Source: Candidatus Woesebacteria bacterium
GTDB lineage: Bacteria; Patescibacteriota; Microgenomatia; UBA8517
NCBI GenBank assembly: GCA_963716475.1
Contig: OY970314.1
Coordinates: forward strand, 74,479 to 138,478
Length of the DNA stretch: 64,000 nucleotides
Direction of reading: 5' to 3'
This document shows, in pieces, positions 9,716-18,300 of the stretch. Positions within the stretch are counted from its first letter, which is position 1; each line of letters begins with the position of its first letter. The notes under the pieces were generated by a model, which made no database searches, was not told the origin of the DNA, and saw only the letters and a list, made by a program, of their open reading frames with translations. The position numbers were made by a program, and so were the translations under genes.

Positions 9716-9757
9716 ATTCGTGAGATATTATATCATATAGCTAAAATTTGTTTAAAA

Positions 9758-10270
9758 ATGGCAAAACCTTTGGTTTTGGTTGATAAAAAAGATAGCGTAC
9801 TGGGATTTAAGGAAAAATTTGCTACTCATAAAATTCCGGTTCCGCTTCATCGGGCGATATCAATTGTTATTTTTAATAAAGGTAAAACAAAGATGCTTAT
9901 TACCAAAAGGGCCGAGGTTAAACCAACCTGGCCTGAATTTTGGACAAACGCGGTTTGCAGCCACCCGTATCCGAAAGAAACTTATCAAAAAGCGGCCGAA
10001 AGAAGGATTTACGAGGAGCTTGGCTTTAAAACAACGCTCAAAGAGGTTTTTCTCTTCACATATGAAGCGGAAATGGATAACAAAGTCTGGGGTGAGCATG
10101 AACTTGACCACGTATTTAAAGGAACTTACGAGGGGCCGGTTAAACCGGATCCGAACGAGACCTCGGGCTATGAATGGATAAGAATAGGGGATTTAAAGAA
10201 AGACGTAATAAATAACCCCCAAAAATATTCCCCATGGTTTATGATTATTTTAGAAAAGCTTAAGATATGA
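9758..10270 (+). CDS. idi: isopentenyl-diphosphate delta-isomerase, type 1 (Nudix fold)
   Basis: HRAISIVIFN and WTNAVCSHP motifs match IDI-1 (HRAFSVFLFN / WTNTCCSHP). Likely start MAKPLVLV at ATG 9758, giving about 171 aa; the ORF track begins at a GTG at 9644. Confidence 0.75.
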   Translation: MAKPLVLVDKKDSVLGFKEKFATHKIPVPLHRAISIVIFNKGKTKMLITKRAEVKPTWPEFWTNAVCSHPYPKETYQKAAERRIYEELGFKTTLKEVFLFTYEAEMDNKVWGEHELDHVFKGTYEGPVKPDPNETSGYEWIRIGDLKKDVINNPQKYSPWFMIILEKLKI

Positions 10271-10324
10271 AAGATATTCCCCTGGTTTGCTTCCGGGATA
10301 GTTGGATGTTATTATACCTATAAT

Positions 10325-10630
10325 ATGGCAGAAAGAATCGTCGAAGTGAGGATGTTTCCACCGGCTGTGGAAAATTTAAGATGTGCTTCAGATGAAAGGA
10401 TATGCACGGTAACCGGCAAGATAAAGGATGTATTACAGTCAAAAGGCTATATCAAGCCCGGCGAAAGAGTGGAGGTACGGCTAATTCCCGATTCTGAGGT
10501 TGATCCAGAATCTCTGTTAAGTACAGCTGCAGTGACCGAGGCGGTTACGGATGATGAACGTCATTTTTTTAAGATAGGTGATCCAGTGAGTGTACCCAAC
10601 ATTGAAGTCCCGGGTGTCAGGCAGAACTAG
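10325..10630 (+). CDS. hypothetical protein
   Basis: 101 aa, no motif recognised. Convergent with the prenyl synthase gene. Confidence 0.3.
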   Translation: MAERIVEVRMFPPAVENLRCASDERICTVTGKIKDVLQSKGYIKPGERVEVRLIPDSEVDPESLLSTAAVTEAVTDDERHFFKIGDPVSVPNIEVPGVRQN

Positions 10631-10636
10631 ACGGTT

Positions 10637-11518
10637 TTAGTACTTTCTCTCAAGGACGAAGTTGATCAGCTCCTTCAGCTCGCTTCTGGCAGGCTCTTTC
10701 GAAAGAAAGCCGAGGTTTTTATCAAATATTTCCAGGGCTTTGGTTTTAGCATCATTCGCCAGTTTCCTTGCATAGGGTACGCCTCTTGTATTTGCTAAGG
10801 TCATTTTTCCCTCTTTACCGTCTTGTTCTATATCCAGAATATCATCAATCAGTTGAAAACACCGTCCAAGATATAAACCAAAATCAGTAATCTTATTTAA
10901 TTGATTATGGGTTGCTCCGGCGAGGATCGCCCCCAGCCTCATCGGCCCGGCCATTGAGTAATATGCACTTTTACTGTCGGCTATAAAAAAATATTCATCC
11001 TGACTTACCTTTTTGGCCTTTTTATTGGTCCAAATTTGTTCGACTCCTTGTCCGAGGGCGGTTCTGAGTAGCATTTTGTAAAACTCTTCACTAATGGCCT
11101 TGGAGTTTTGGTCATTAATAATTTTCCACATAATAATGTGCAGAGAGTCACCGGCGTTAATTGCCAGCTCGTGGCCGTAAATTTTATGTAAAGCGGGCTT
11201 ACCTCTTCTAACCGCCGAGCCGTCTTCAATATCGTCATGGATTAAGATCCATTCTTCGGAGAGCTGCATCGCCGCAGCAACCTTAAAAGCCTTTTGCCTT
11301 TTGGCTCCAAGAGCCTGTGCCGTGAGAAGAACCAGGGTGGGGCGCAGGTACTTGCCCTTCCTTTCCGGGTAAATTCTGTTTATTTTCCAGTACAAATTTA
11401 TGTCCTTTTTGTATTTGTCTGGGATCCGGAATTGGGTAGGGTAACTCGGATCCCTCAAATATTTTTTAATTTCTGGCCAGACGAGCTGTCTGGTCCTTTC
11501 TAAAGTTTTCTGTATCAC
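10637..11518 (-). CDS. trans-polyprenyl diphosphate synthase (FPP/GGPP synthase family)
   Basis: First Asp-rich motif ILIHDDIEDGS and second FQLIDDILD. The ORF track extends to 11611, but that would overlap the uppS 5' end and promoter. A GTG at 11518, preceded by a minus-strand TATAAT, gives a family-typical N-terminus (VIQKTLERTRQLVWPEIKKYL). Confidence 0.75.
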   Translation of the reverse strand: MIQKTLERTRQLVWPEIKKYLRDPSYPTQFRIPDKYKKDINLYWKINRIYPERKGKYLRPTLVLLTAQALGAKRQKAFKVAAAMQLSEEWILIHDDIEDGSAVRRGKPALHKIYGHELAINAGDSLHIIMWKIINDQNSKAISEEFYKMLLRTALGQGVEQIWTNKKAKKVSQDEYFFIADSKSAYYSMAGPMRLGAILAGATHNQLNKITDFGLYLGRCFQLIDDILDIEQDGKEGKMTLANTRGVPYARKLANDAKTKALEIFDKNLGFLSKEPARSELKELINFVLERKY

Positions 11519-11524
11519 AGCCGT

Positions 11525-11557
11525 ATTATATCGCACGAATGCCTTGTGGTATAATTT
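11525..11557. promoter_or_regulatory. back-to-back -10 elements for divergent, apparently leaderless ispA-like and uppS transcripts
   Basis: Plus strand TGGTATAAT (11549-11557) lies 6-7 nt before the uppS ATG at 11564. Minus strand GATATAATA (complement of 11525-11533) lies about 6 nt before the GTG at 11518. Confidence 0.35.
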
Positions 11558-11563
11558 CCTGAT

Positions 11564-12841
11564 ATGTCGGAGACAATATCGCTTCCCAGAGGCACAGTAA
11601 TTCCCAGCCACATCGCTATGATCTTAGACGGCAACAGACGTTGGGCCAGGGCCCGCGGTCTGAAGCCTTGGGAAGGTCATTATCATGGTTTTAAAGCGGT
11701 CGAAAAGCTTGCCGAAGCTGCCAGGCAATTGGGAGTACATACCTTTACCGTTTGGGCATTTTCTACAGAAAATTGGGAGCGTCCCAAAGAGGAGGTCGAC
11801 GCGATAATGAATCTCTTCCGGAAGGCTCTTAAAGAAAAAGAAAAAGAATTCCATCGGGACAGGGTTGCCTTAGTTCACCTGGGCAGGAAAGACAGATTGC
11901 CTGAGGATATCAGCCGGGAATTAACCAGAATCGAAAAAGATACAGCGGTTTACTCTCAAAACCACGTCTTTAACTTGGCGGTAGATTATGGGGGTAGAGA
12001 TGAGATTTTAAGGGCCACTAAGAAAATCGTTGAAAATAAAGTTCCGGCAGCCAAGATTGATGAAAAACTGTTTGAAAGCTACCTGGATACAGCAGGACAA
12101 CCGTATCCGTCCCCGGATCTATTTATTCGCACATCAGGAGAGCAGCGTACAAGCGGCCTTCTTCCTTGGCAGATGAGTTACACTGAATTTTATTTTGAGT
12201 CCGAGCACCTTCCGGATTTTACTCCTGAAAAACTTAAAGTGGCGGTTTTAGACTTTAGCAGGCGCAGGCGTAGGTTTGGCGGTGACGATACTACCAGGCA
12301 TTTTGAATTCAACCCGGGAGTTACGGCAAGACTTGAGATTGATTGGTGGAGGCTTCGGAATGTTCCCGGAGGTATGAGGATAAGGGACTATGCGATGAAG
12401 CACCTTAGAGAGCAATACGGGCTTTCTAAGAAGCTTGCAATTGAAGCCGCCAAATATTTGATTGAAGCAGTCGCCGAGGAGAAGGATGAAAAATGGGACA
12501 AGGCCACCGAAAGAATGAAAAAGTTCTATATGCTTATAAAAGAGGAGGTTAAACTTGCTTTCGAACCCAGGATAGTTGCTTCAATGGAGGTAGATTTTGT
12601 CAGGAAAATGGAAGGTAAAGATAGTGTGGCCGCGTCTTCCGAGGCAGAAAATATTGCCCGGGAGCATCTCGCCGAAGTATACAGAATCTCACTTCTTCAA
12701 GCCGCCAAGGCGGCTCATCTTAAGGTTCTGGCCTCGGTTGAAAGAAACATGGCTCTGGCCGGCTTGGGGGAAGAGCATTGGGCTAAAGCCGAAGATTACT
12801 TGTCAAAATATTACTCGGCACTAAAGGAACGCGTGGCATAG
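11564..12841 (+). CDS. uppS: undecaprenyl (cis-prenyl) diphosphate synthase with about 180-aa C-terminal extension of unknown function
   Basis: HIAMILDGNRRWA, TVWAFSTENWERP and RTSGEQRTSGLLPWQ…FSRRRRRFGG motifs across about 245 aa. An additional about 180 aa (RLEIDWWRLRNVPGG…) has no recognisable domain. Confidence 0.8.
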   Translation: MSETISLPRGTVIPSHIAMILDGNRRWARARGLKPWEGHYHGFKAVEKLAEAARQLGVHTFTVWAFSTENWERPKEEVDAIMNLFRKALKEKEKEFHRDRVALVHLGRKDRLPEDISRELTRIEKDTAVYSQNHVFNLAVDYGGRDEILRATKKIVENKVPAAKIDEKLFESYLDTAGQPYPSPDLFIRTSGEQRTSGLLPWQMSYTEFYFESEHLPDFTPEKLKVAVLDFSRRRRRFGGDDTTRHFEFNPGVTARLEIDWWRLRNVPGGMRIRDYAMKHLREQYGLSKKLAIEAAKYLIEAVAEEKDEKWDKATERMKKFYMLIKEEVKLAFEPRIVASMEVDFVRKMEGKDSVAASSEAENIAREHLAEVYRISLLQAAKAAHLKVLASVERNMALAGLGEEHWAKAEDYLSKYYSALKERVA

Positions 12842-12968
12842 TTTCCAATAATCTTCAAATTTGTAGTGATCTTGTTATCTACACGTCTAAATGGCTATTG
12901 ACACAGTTGTTTCACTTTGATATTTTCTGACTAAGAAAGATAAGAGTTAGGCAGGAGACACTATAAAA

Positions 12969-13187
12969 ATGGATCAAAGCACTAAAAAGAAAATCAGATT
13001 GGAAGATCTTCCGGATCTTCTTACAGTACGGGAGGTAAGCGAACTCCTGCGGGTCTCGCCTTTAACAATTAAGCGTTGGGGTAAAAGGGGAAAACTCCCG
13101 GCTATCCGCATTAACTCCCGTGGAGACCGCAGATATAAAAAAGAGGCTGTCCTTTGGCTTCTGGGAATGCAGGCTAAGGAAGAGTAA
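12969..13187 (+). CDS. excisionase/AlpA-family helix-turn-helix DNA-binding protein
   Basis: 72 aa. LLTVREVSELLRVSPLTIKRWGKRGKLPAIRINSRGDRRYKKEAV matches the HTH_17/excisionase family pattern. A TTGACA-N17-TATTTT promoter-like sequence lies at about 12897-12930. Confidence 0.6.
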   Translation: MDQSTKKKIRLEDLPDLLTVREVSELLRVSPLTIKRWGKRGKLPAIRINSRGDRRYKKEAVLWLLGMQAKEE

Positions 13188-13219
13188 CTTCTTCGTTCCT
13201 TCTCCGTGTTAATATAATA

Positions 13220-13489
13220 TTGATGAAGAAGCATGGAGGCTATCATTATATTCTTACGGCACTCGAGGTTTTGCTGAGTAAAGCCGCGTTTTTATTGGTT
13301 AGTATTGCAGCAGTACTGGCAGGTTATCTTATTTTCGTTGGTCAAAAAACTCCTTTAAAATTCATCTTCGGTATTCCTCTTATACTTGGCGGAGCCGGTT
13401 TGACCATAAACTTATTATGGACAATTATCCTGGTTATCTTTTCACCAAAATATAATCGCGGGGTTTGCAAGATCTGCAATCCAAGCTGA
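13220..13489 (+). CDS. small membrane protein (2-3 TM)
   Basis: 89 aa, strongly hydrophobic. No motif recognised. Confidence 0.35.
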   Translation: MMKKHGGYHYILTALEVLLSKAAFLLVSIAAVLAGYLIFVGQKTPLKFIFGIPLILGGAGLTINLLWTIILVIFSPKYNRGVCKICNPS

Positions 13490-13615
13490 TCTACTTAGTT
13501 CTAATTGACTATTCGTTTTTCATAGGATAAAACACCCTTTAGAAGAACTTGACAGCAACCTTCTGCCCGAGGGAACTCCAATCTTCGTTTTTACTGGCAT
13601 GGTGCTTAACATTTT

Positions 13616-13834
13616 ATGATGCTTATATTTGCATTTCTGACACTTGGTTATTTTGCCGGCGTAATCACGGCACTTGTCATATTCCCTCCAAAGGTAAAAG
13701 AGATTGAAATGCAGGAAAAAGATGCTGCCGGACCGGTTAACGACCTGATTACGTATGAAGAACCGCAGCTTAACCCGGTAATAGGCAAAGATTTGAGAAT
13801 AGAAATTGGTAATACGCAACCCGCTTCGCTATAG
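13616..13834 (+). CDS. small membrane-anchored protein
   Basis: 72 aa. N-terminal TM helix then acidic region. Confidence 0.3.
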   Translation: MMLIFAFLTLGYFAGVITALVIFPPKVKEIEMQEKDAAGPVNDLITYEEPQLNPVIGKDLRIEIGNTQPASL

Positions 13835-13845
13835 AATTAAATGTA

Positions 13846-15228
13846 ATGTATCCTCCCCAAACCTCCCTGATCCCGGTTGCAGTAGCTCTTGCCAGGTTTT
13901 TGGGAGAGAAGGGCTTATCAGCCTTAACCTCCAGTTATCCTTATTGGTATCTGGGAACGACTCCTTACGGGTATTTGACAGGACCCGTTATCCCGATCCT
14001 CTCAGTTTTAGTTAAAAAAATCGCTTCAGGAGCTACATATTTTGATATCGAAATAGTATTGGTTCTTGCTTCCTGTCTGGCGTCTTCAGTAGGCTGGTCT
14101 CTTCTTGTAGCCAGAATTAAAGAAGAAAAAATAAATCTGTCATCTTTTGCGATCTATTTTCTGCTTTTCGCGGTTCTGCCTTGGAAGTACCTCAACGGAT
14201 TAGCTTTAGCCGAGCCCTCGGCATTTATTGCGGAAATGCTTATTCCGTATGTATTTTTGGCCGTGGCGAAAAACCGCTATCTTGGAATCATCTCGGTTTT
14301 GACAGTACTTCTTATTAGTACAAACGTGCTGCCGGTTTTAATTGTGGGGATGGCAGTTCTGGCCTTGACCGGATCGTTTACTGGGGGAAAATTAAAAAAA
14401 TGGAAGGAGTCTGTAAAAAGAAGCATTATAATTTTGATTTTTGGACTCGCTTTAGCGACTTTTTACTACACGCCGGGCTTTTGGCTGACAGTTTTGGTTA
14501 ATCCCTCTGTCGGGGGAGTTCCCGGGGTAAAAGCCATGCTGTCACTGATCGGAATGGCAAGAAACGCGATACCCATACTTCTTGCCTTTATTGTAATTTA
14601 CCTTTCAAGGAGAATTCCGGATAAAATTAGCTTTTTTGGCTGGGCATGGGTATTGGTTTTTGCTTTTCTGACCGTTTGGAGAGCTCTAGGTAACATCCAT
14701 TTTTGGATGGACTGGATAAGTTGGTTTGGGGAAATCGAGATAGGTTTAGGAATCCTGATTGCGGCCAATCTTAAGAACCTCCGCCGGCTTTTTCTTTTGG
14801 TTTTGCCGTTTCTTGCGACATTTCTGGTTTTTAATGCAATCGGGAAGCCCGTGCTTATCACAAAGAGTCCTCCGCCCGAAATAACAAGTATTTCCAAACT
14901 CGCGGGTCTTGCGGGCGGAAGTCTTGTTTTTACTTCAGGGACAGGTGTGTTTTGGTTGAATGCTTTTTATAATACACCGCAGGTGCGGGGAGGAAGGGAC
15001 GAGGTATCGGTCAGTTCCATGTGGCTTCCTGTTTCATATGCCCTAAGGGAAGGAACTGACGAAAAAGTTATTTCTCAGGACCTGGGTGAACTTGGTATTT
15101 CCTACATATTGGTCAATTCATATGCATCTTACGACTATTACCATGATTATAAGAACGTTAACCTTTGGGACAGTGTTGCTAAAGCGGTTTGGCAGGGGTC
15201 GGGAGACGTTATTTACGTATTCAAGTAA
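13846..15228 (+). CDS. polytopic membrane protein (about 12 TM), possible GT-C-type glycosyltransferase
   Basis: 460 aa, nearly entirely hydrophobic helices with a soluble C-terminal tail. No catalytic motif recognised. Confidence 0.5.
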   Translation: MYPPQTSLIPVAVALARFLGEKGLSALTSSYPYWYLGTTPYGYLTGPVIPILSVLVKKIASGATYFDIEIVLVLASCLASSVGWSLLVARIKEEKINLSSFAIYFLLFAVLPWKYLNGLALAEPSAFIAEMLIPYVFLAVAKNRYLGIISVLTVLLISTNVLPVLIVGMAVLALTGSFTGGKLKKWKESVKRSIIILIFGLALATFYYTPGFWLTVLVNPSVGGVPGVKAMLSLIGMARNAIPILLAFIVIYLSRRIPDKISFFGWAWVLVFAFLTVWRALGNIHFWMDWISWFGEIEIGLGILIAANLKNLRRLFLLVLPFLATFLVFNAIGKPVLITKSPPPEITSISKLAGLAGGSLVFTSGTGVFWLNAFYNTPQVRGGRDEVSVSSMWLPVSYALREGTDEKVISQDLGELGISYILVNSYASYDYYHDYKNVNLWDSVAKAVWQGSGDVIYVFK

Positions 15229-15350
15229 TCCTGTAGTTGTTGCGGTAATTATTCTTTTCATAGACCCATAGCATATTCTGGCTTCAGTTTGTGTATATTT
15301 TCACTCAAAATCGTACCATTTCCCTATTTCTTATGTGGCCTATAAGGCTA

Positions 15351-15394
15351 TTGACAAACGTTCCCATGGTTGGTAACAATTAATTAGTAGCAAA
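15351..15394 (+). promoter_or_regulatory. sigma-70-like promoter upstream of giant gene 1, sharing a 15-mer with the gene 2 promoter
   Basis: TTGACA (15351) -N17- TAACAAT. ATGGTTGGTAACAAT is identical to 20453-20467. Confidence 0.4.
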
Positions 15395-18300
15395 ATGCCC
15401 ACAAAAGAAAAAATCTCCGCGGTAAAAAAAGTTTTGGAAGGAATTTCTGTCTCTTCTGTTGCATCTGAGGCCGGGGTTGCCAGAAAAACAATATATTCGT
15501 GGCTAAATATTTATAAAGCCGCTGCCAAAAGAAACAAAAAAACCTGTCTCTTGCCCAAATATGTGGCGGGAAGGGCTCACCCGAGGGAATATACGCACAC
15601 TTTGGAGCAGAAGACAGTAAGACTAATAAAGAAGGACCCGACACTTAGCGTTTCCAAAATGGCTGAAAGATTAAACGCAGGACATCATGCGGTTTACAAT
15701 CTTTTAAAGGCCTTAAAATTGAACACAGAAGATTCCAGGCTTGCATACTCCCGGATTTACTCATATCCCGGTATTTTTGACCCCCAAATTAAGGAATCGG
15801 TTGCAAGGAAAATTGTGAATTCGGAAGGAAAAGTCACGGATATTTCCAGGGAGCTACGGGTTTCCAGAAAGACTATATATAAATGGTTAAAAGAATACAA
15901 AGAGAAGGGAACAGTAAGAAATAACTATTTGAAAGGTTTTGAACACCCCAGATCACTTGGCCCGGAGGCGGAAGCGTCAGTGCTCTCGCAAGTCGTAAAG
16001 GCGCCGGAACTTTCAATTCATGCCTTGGCCACCGGTTTAAACTTTTCCAATCATGCGGTTTTTAATATTCTAAAAAGAAATTTCCTGACTCAAAGAAATG
16101 CCAGGATTATCTATTCTCAGGCTCAGGCTATCCGGGTTTCCGAAAAACCGGAAGCTATCGGTTTTATCGACAGGATAAAGAGTGTTTTTGAAACCTTTAC
16201 TCCGAATCTGGCCCCGGCTCCGCCTCCGGGGGGAAAATCCAAGTTTAGCCCTCTTCTTAAAATCTCCCTGGCTTCGATAATCGTTTTACCGCTTTTCACT
16301 CTTGCCCTGGTCTATTGGGTGAATCTATTAAGGTCCGGTGCAGCAGGGAACGTCGTCGGGCTTATCTTTGCCACAATATCCCTGATTATGGGTACTTTCT
16401 TCTTTTTATATTCACTCAAATATTATTTTACGGTCGCTTTGGTTCTTTCCCGCACCCAGCAGGAAGGGTCAAAAAGCCGTACTTCTATCGGTCTTGAACC
16501 CAATCTCGATCACGTAATTCTCACAAAGAAGCCATACATATCAGTTCATATACCTTTTTATAATGAGAAGAATGTAGTAGAGCGTGCAATTGAGGCTTCA
16601 ACCAATTTCGATTACCCGGAGTATGAAGTGATTCTTTGTGATGATTCAACCGATGAAACAACAACCATTATCAGGGATTATCAAAAGAAATATCTTTCAA
16701 AAGGGGAGAGCTTAAAAATAACTACCAATAGTCAAGACGGCTGGGAGCTGTCCCATGTGGATGTCAGACCGGGAGTAACCCTTAAACATCTTCACAGGAT
16801 CTCAAGAGAAGGTTACAAGGGGGGAGCACTCAGGCTAGCTCTTACTCAGACTGATCCCAGGGCTGAGTTTGTCTCTGTCTTTGATGCCGATTTTGTTCCA
16901 TATCCTGATTCTCTAAACCTTTTCCTCAAGTACTTTAAAGCTGAGAATAACATGAGTGAGGATTATACAGTAAGTAAGGTTGCTGCGGTTCAAGGTTACC
17001 AGTGGCATGTACTTAATAAATCCGAAAACTGGATAACCAGGGGTGTCAGAAGTGAATATGCAGGTAGCTACGTTATCGAAAGAGCGGGAACTGAAATCTA
17101 TGGGGGACTAAAACAAATCTCGGGGTCAGTATATATGATTAGACGTAAGCCCCTAGAAGAAGTAGGCTGGGCCACATCAATCACTGAGGACTTTGAACTT
17201 ACTCTCAAACTATATAATGCCGGCTACAAGGTGGTCTATACACCTTATATACAAGCTCCTGCAGAATGTGTATCAACCCTAAGACGCTTAGTGAGGCAAC
17301 GTATGCGTTGGGCCGAGGGTCATTCTTTCAATGTCAAAAAGATGTTTGCAAAGCTTATGTTCTCTCCGAAACTTTCTTCTGCCGAGAAGTTTGAAACGGT
17401 TTACCTTGCCCCTTACTACCTTCAGGCATTCTTTTTTGTAGTCGGAACTCTTTCCTGGTTTATCAGTGAGACTCTCCTGCCTGCCCGTCTGCCTTTCTGG
17501 ACAGAACTTTGGGGATGGAGTCTGGTCTTAACCAACATGGTAGCCCTTCCCCTTATGAACACCGTCGGAATGTTCCTGGAAGAAAGTGAACAGAAGGACT
17601 ATACAGGAATACTATCATTCGTCGCTCTTTCATACCTTGTGGTCCCGTTTCAGGCCTACGCGGCTGTCAAGGGCTTTCTGGAGACCTCAGAAGGGCCTTG
17701 GTTTAGAACTCCCAAGACCGGTAGAATCACAGACGTCTTTGCCAGGGGTAAATTCTACAGGCTTATCAGACAGATCCTTCCCAGAAGAGCCACCTCATTC
17801 CAAAGTACTTATTCATACAACTACATTACCTTAACGACAGCAAATAATAGATTTAGCAATTTTAAAATAAAAAGGTCGGGAAATAAATATATTTCAAAAG
17901 CATTACTTACGGGATTAACGATTATTATTTTACTTTTGAATCAACTTAGCTTCTTTGCCCCGGGAGTACTTGCGGCAAGTCCTAACCCTACTATTGAACA
18001 ACAAATAAATTTTATGGATAAATTATACTCTACAACCAGCACGAGTGCCGCACCGGGCGATAATTCTTTAGGAATGTTTACTTGGAATGACTCAAAATAT
18101 AATAACGCAACTGTTAATATGGACTATGATGCTGGGAAAAGCGGAAACTTGTCTTATGGCCTAACTTCTGTGGGACTTTCTTTGGTTAATGGAACAACAT
18201 ACACACCGGCAATAAGGTATCAATGTCTTGCAGTGAGTGGAATAGCAACCGAATACGCTATTCCAGGGTTATATACGTCAGGTGGAGTTTTAGTTCAATT

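Noticed and set aside
9780-10181. 133-aa +strand ORF rich in Arg/Lys
   Set aside because: It is an alternative frame of the idi gene (9758-10270), which carries diagnostic IDI-1 motifs.
12969-13187. Excisionase as marker of a prophage or integrative element spanning the giant-gene region
   Set aside because: The nearby tRNAs (4035-4196) are 9 kb upstream, with housekeeping genes in between. No integrase or att repeats are visible, so this is treated as a local regulator pending wider context.
15395-16150. Possible IS630-family transposase / insertion sequence at the start of each giant gene
   Set aside because: Only the HTH DNA-binding repeats are present. There is no DDE catalytic domain, no terminal inverted repeats and no TA target duplication. 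The HTH module is in frame with the TM and GT2 domains, so it is a domain fusion, not a mobile element.
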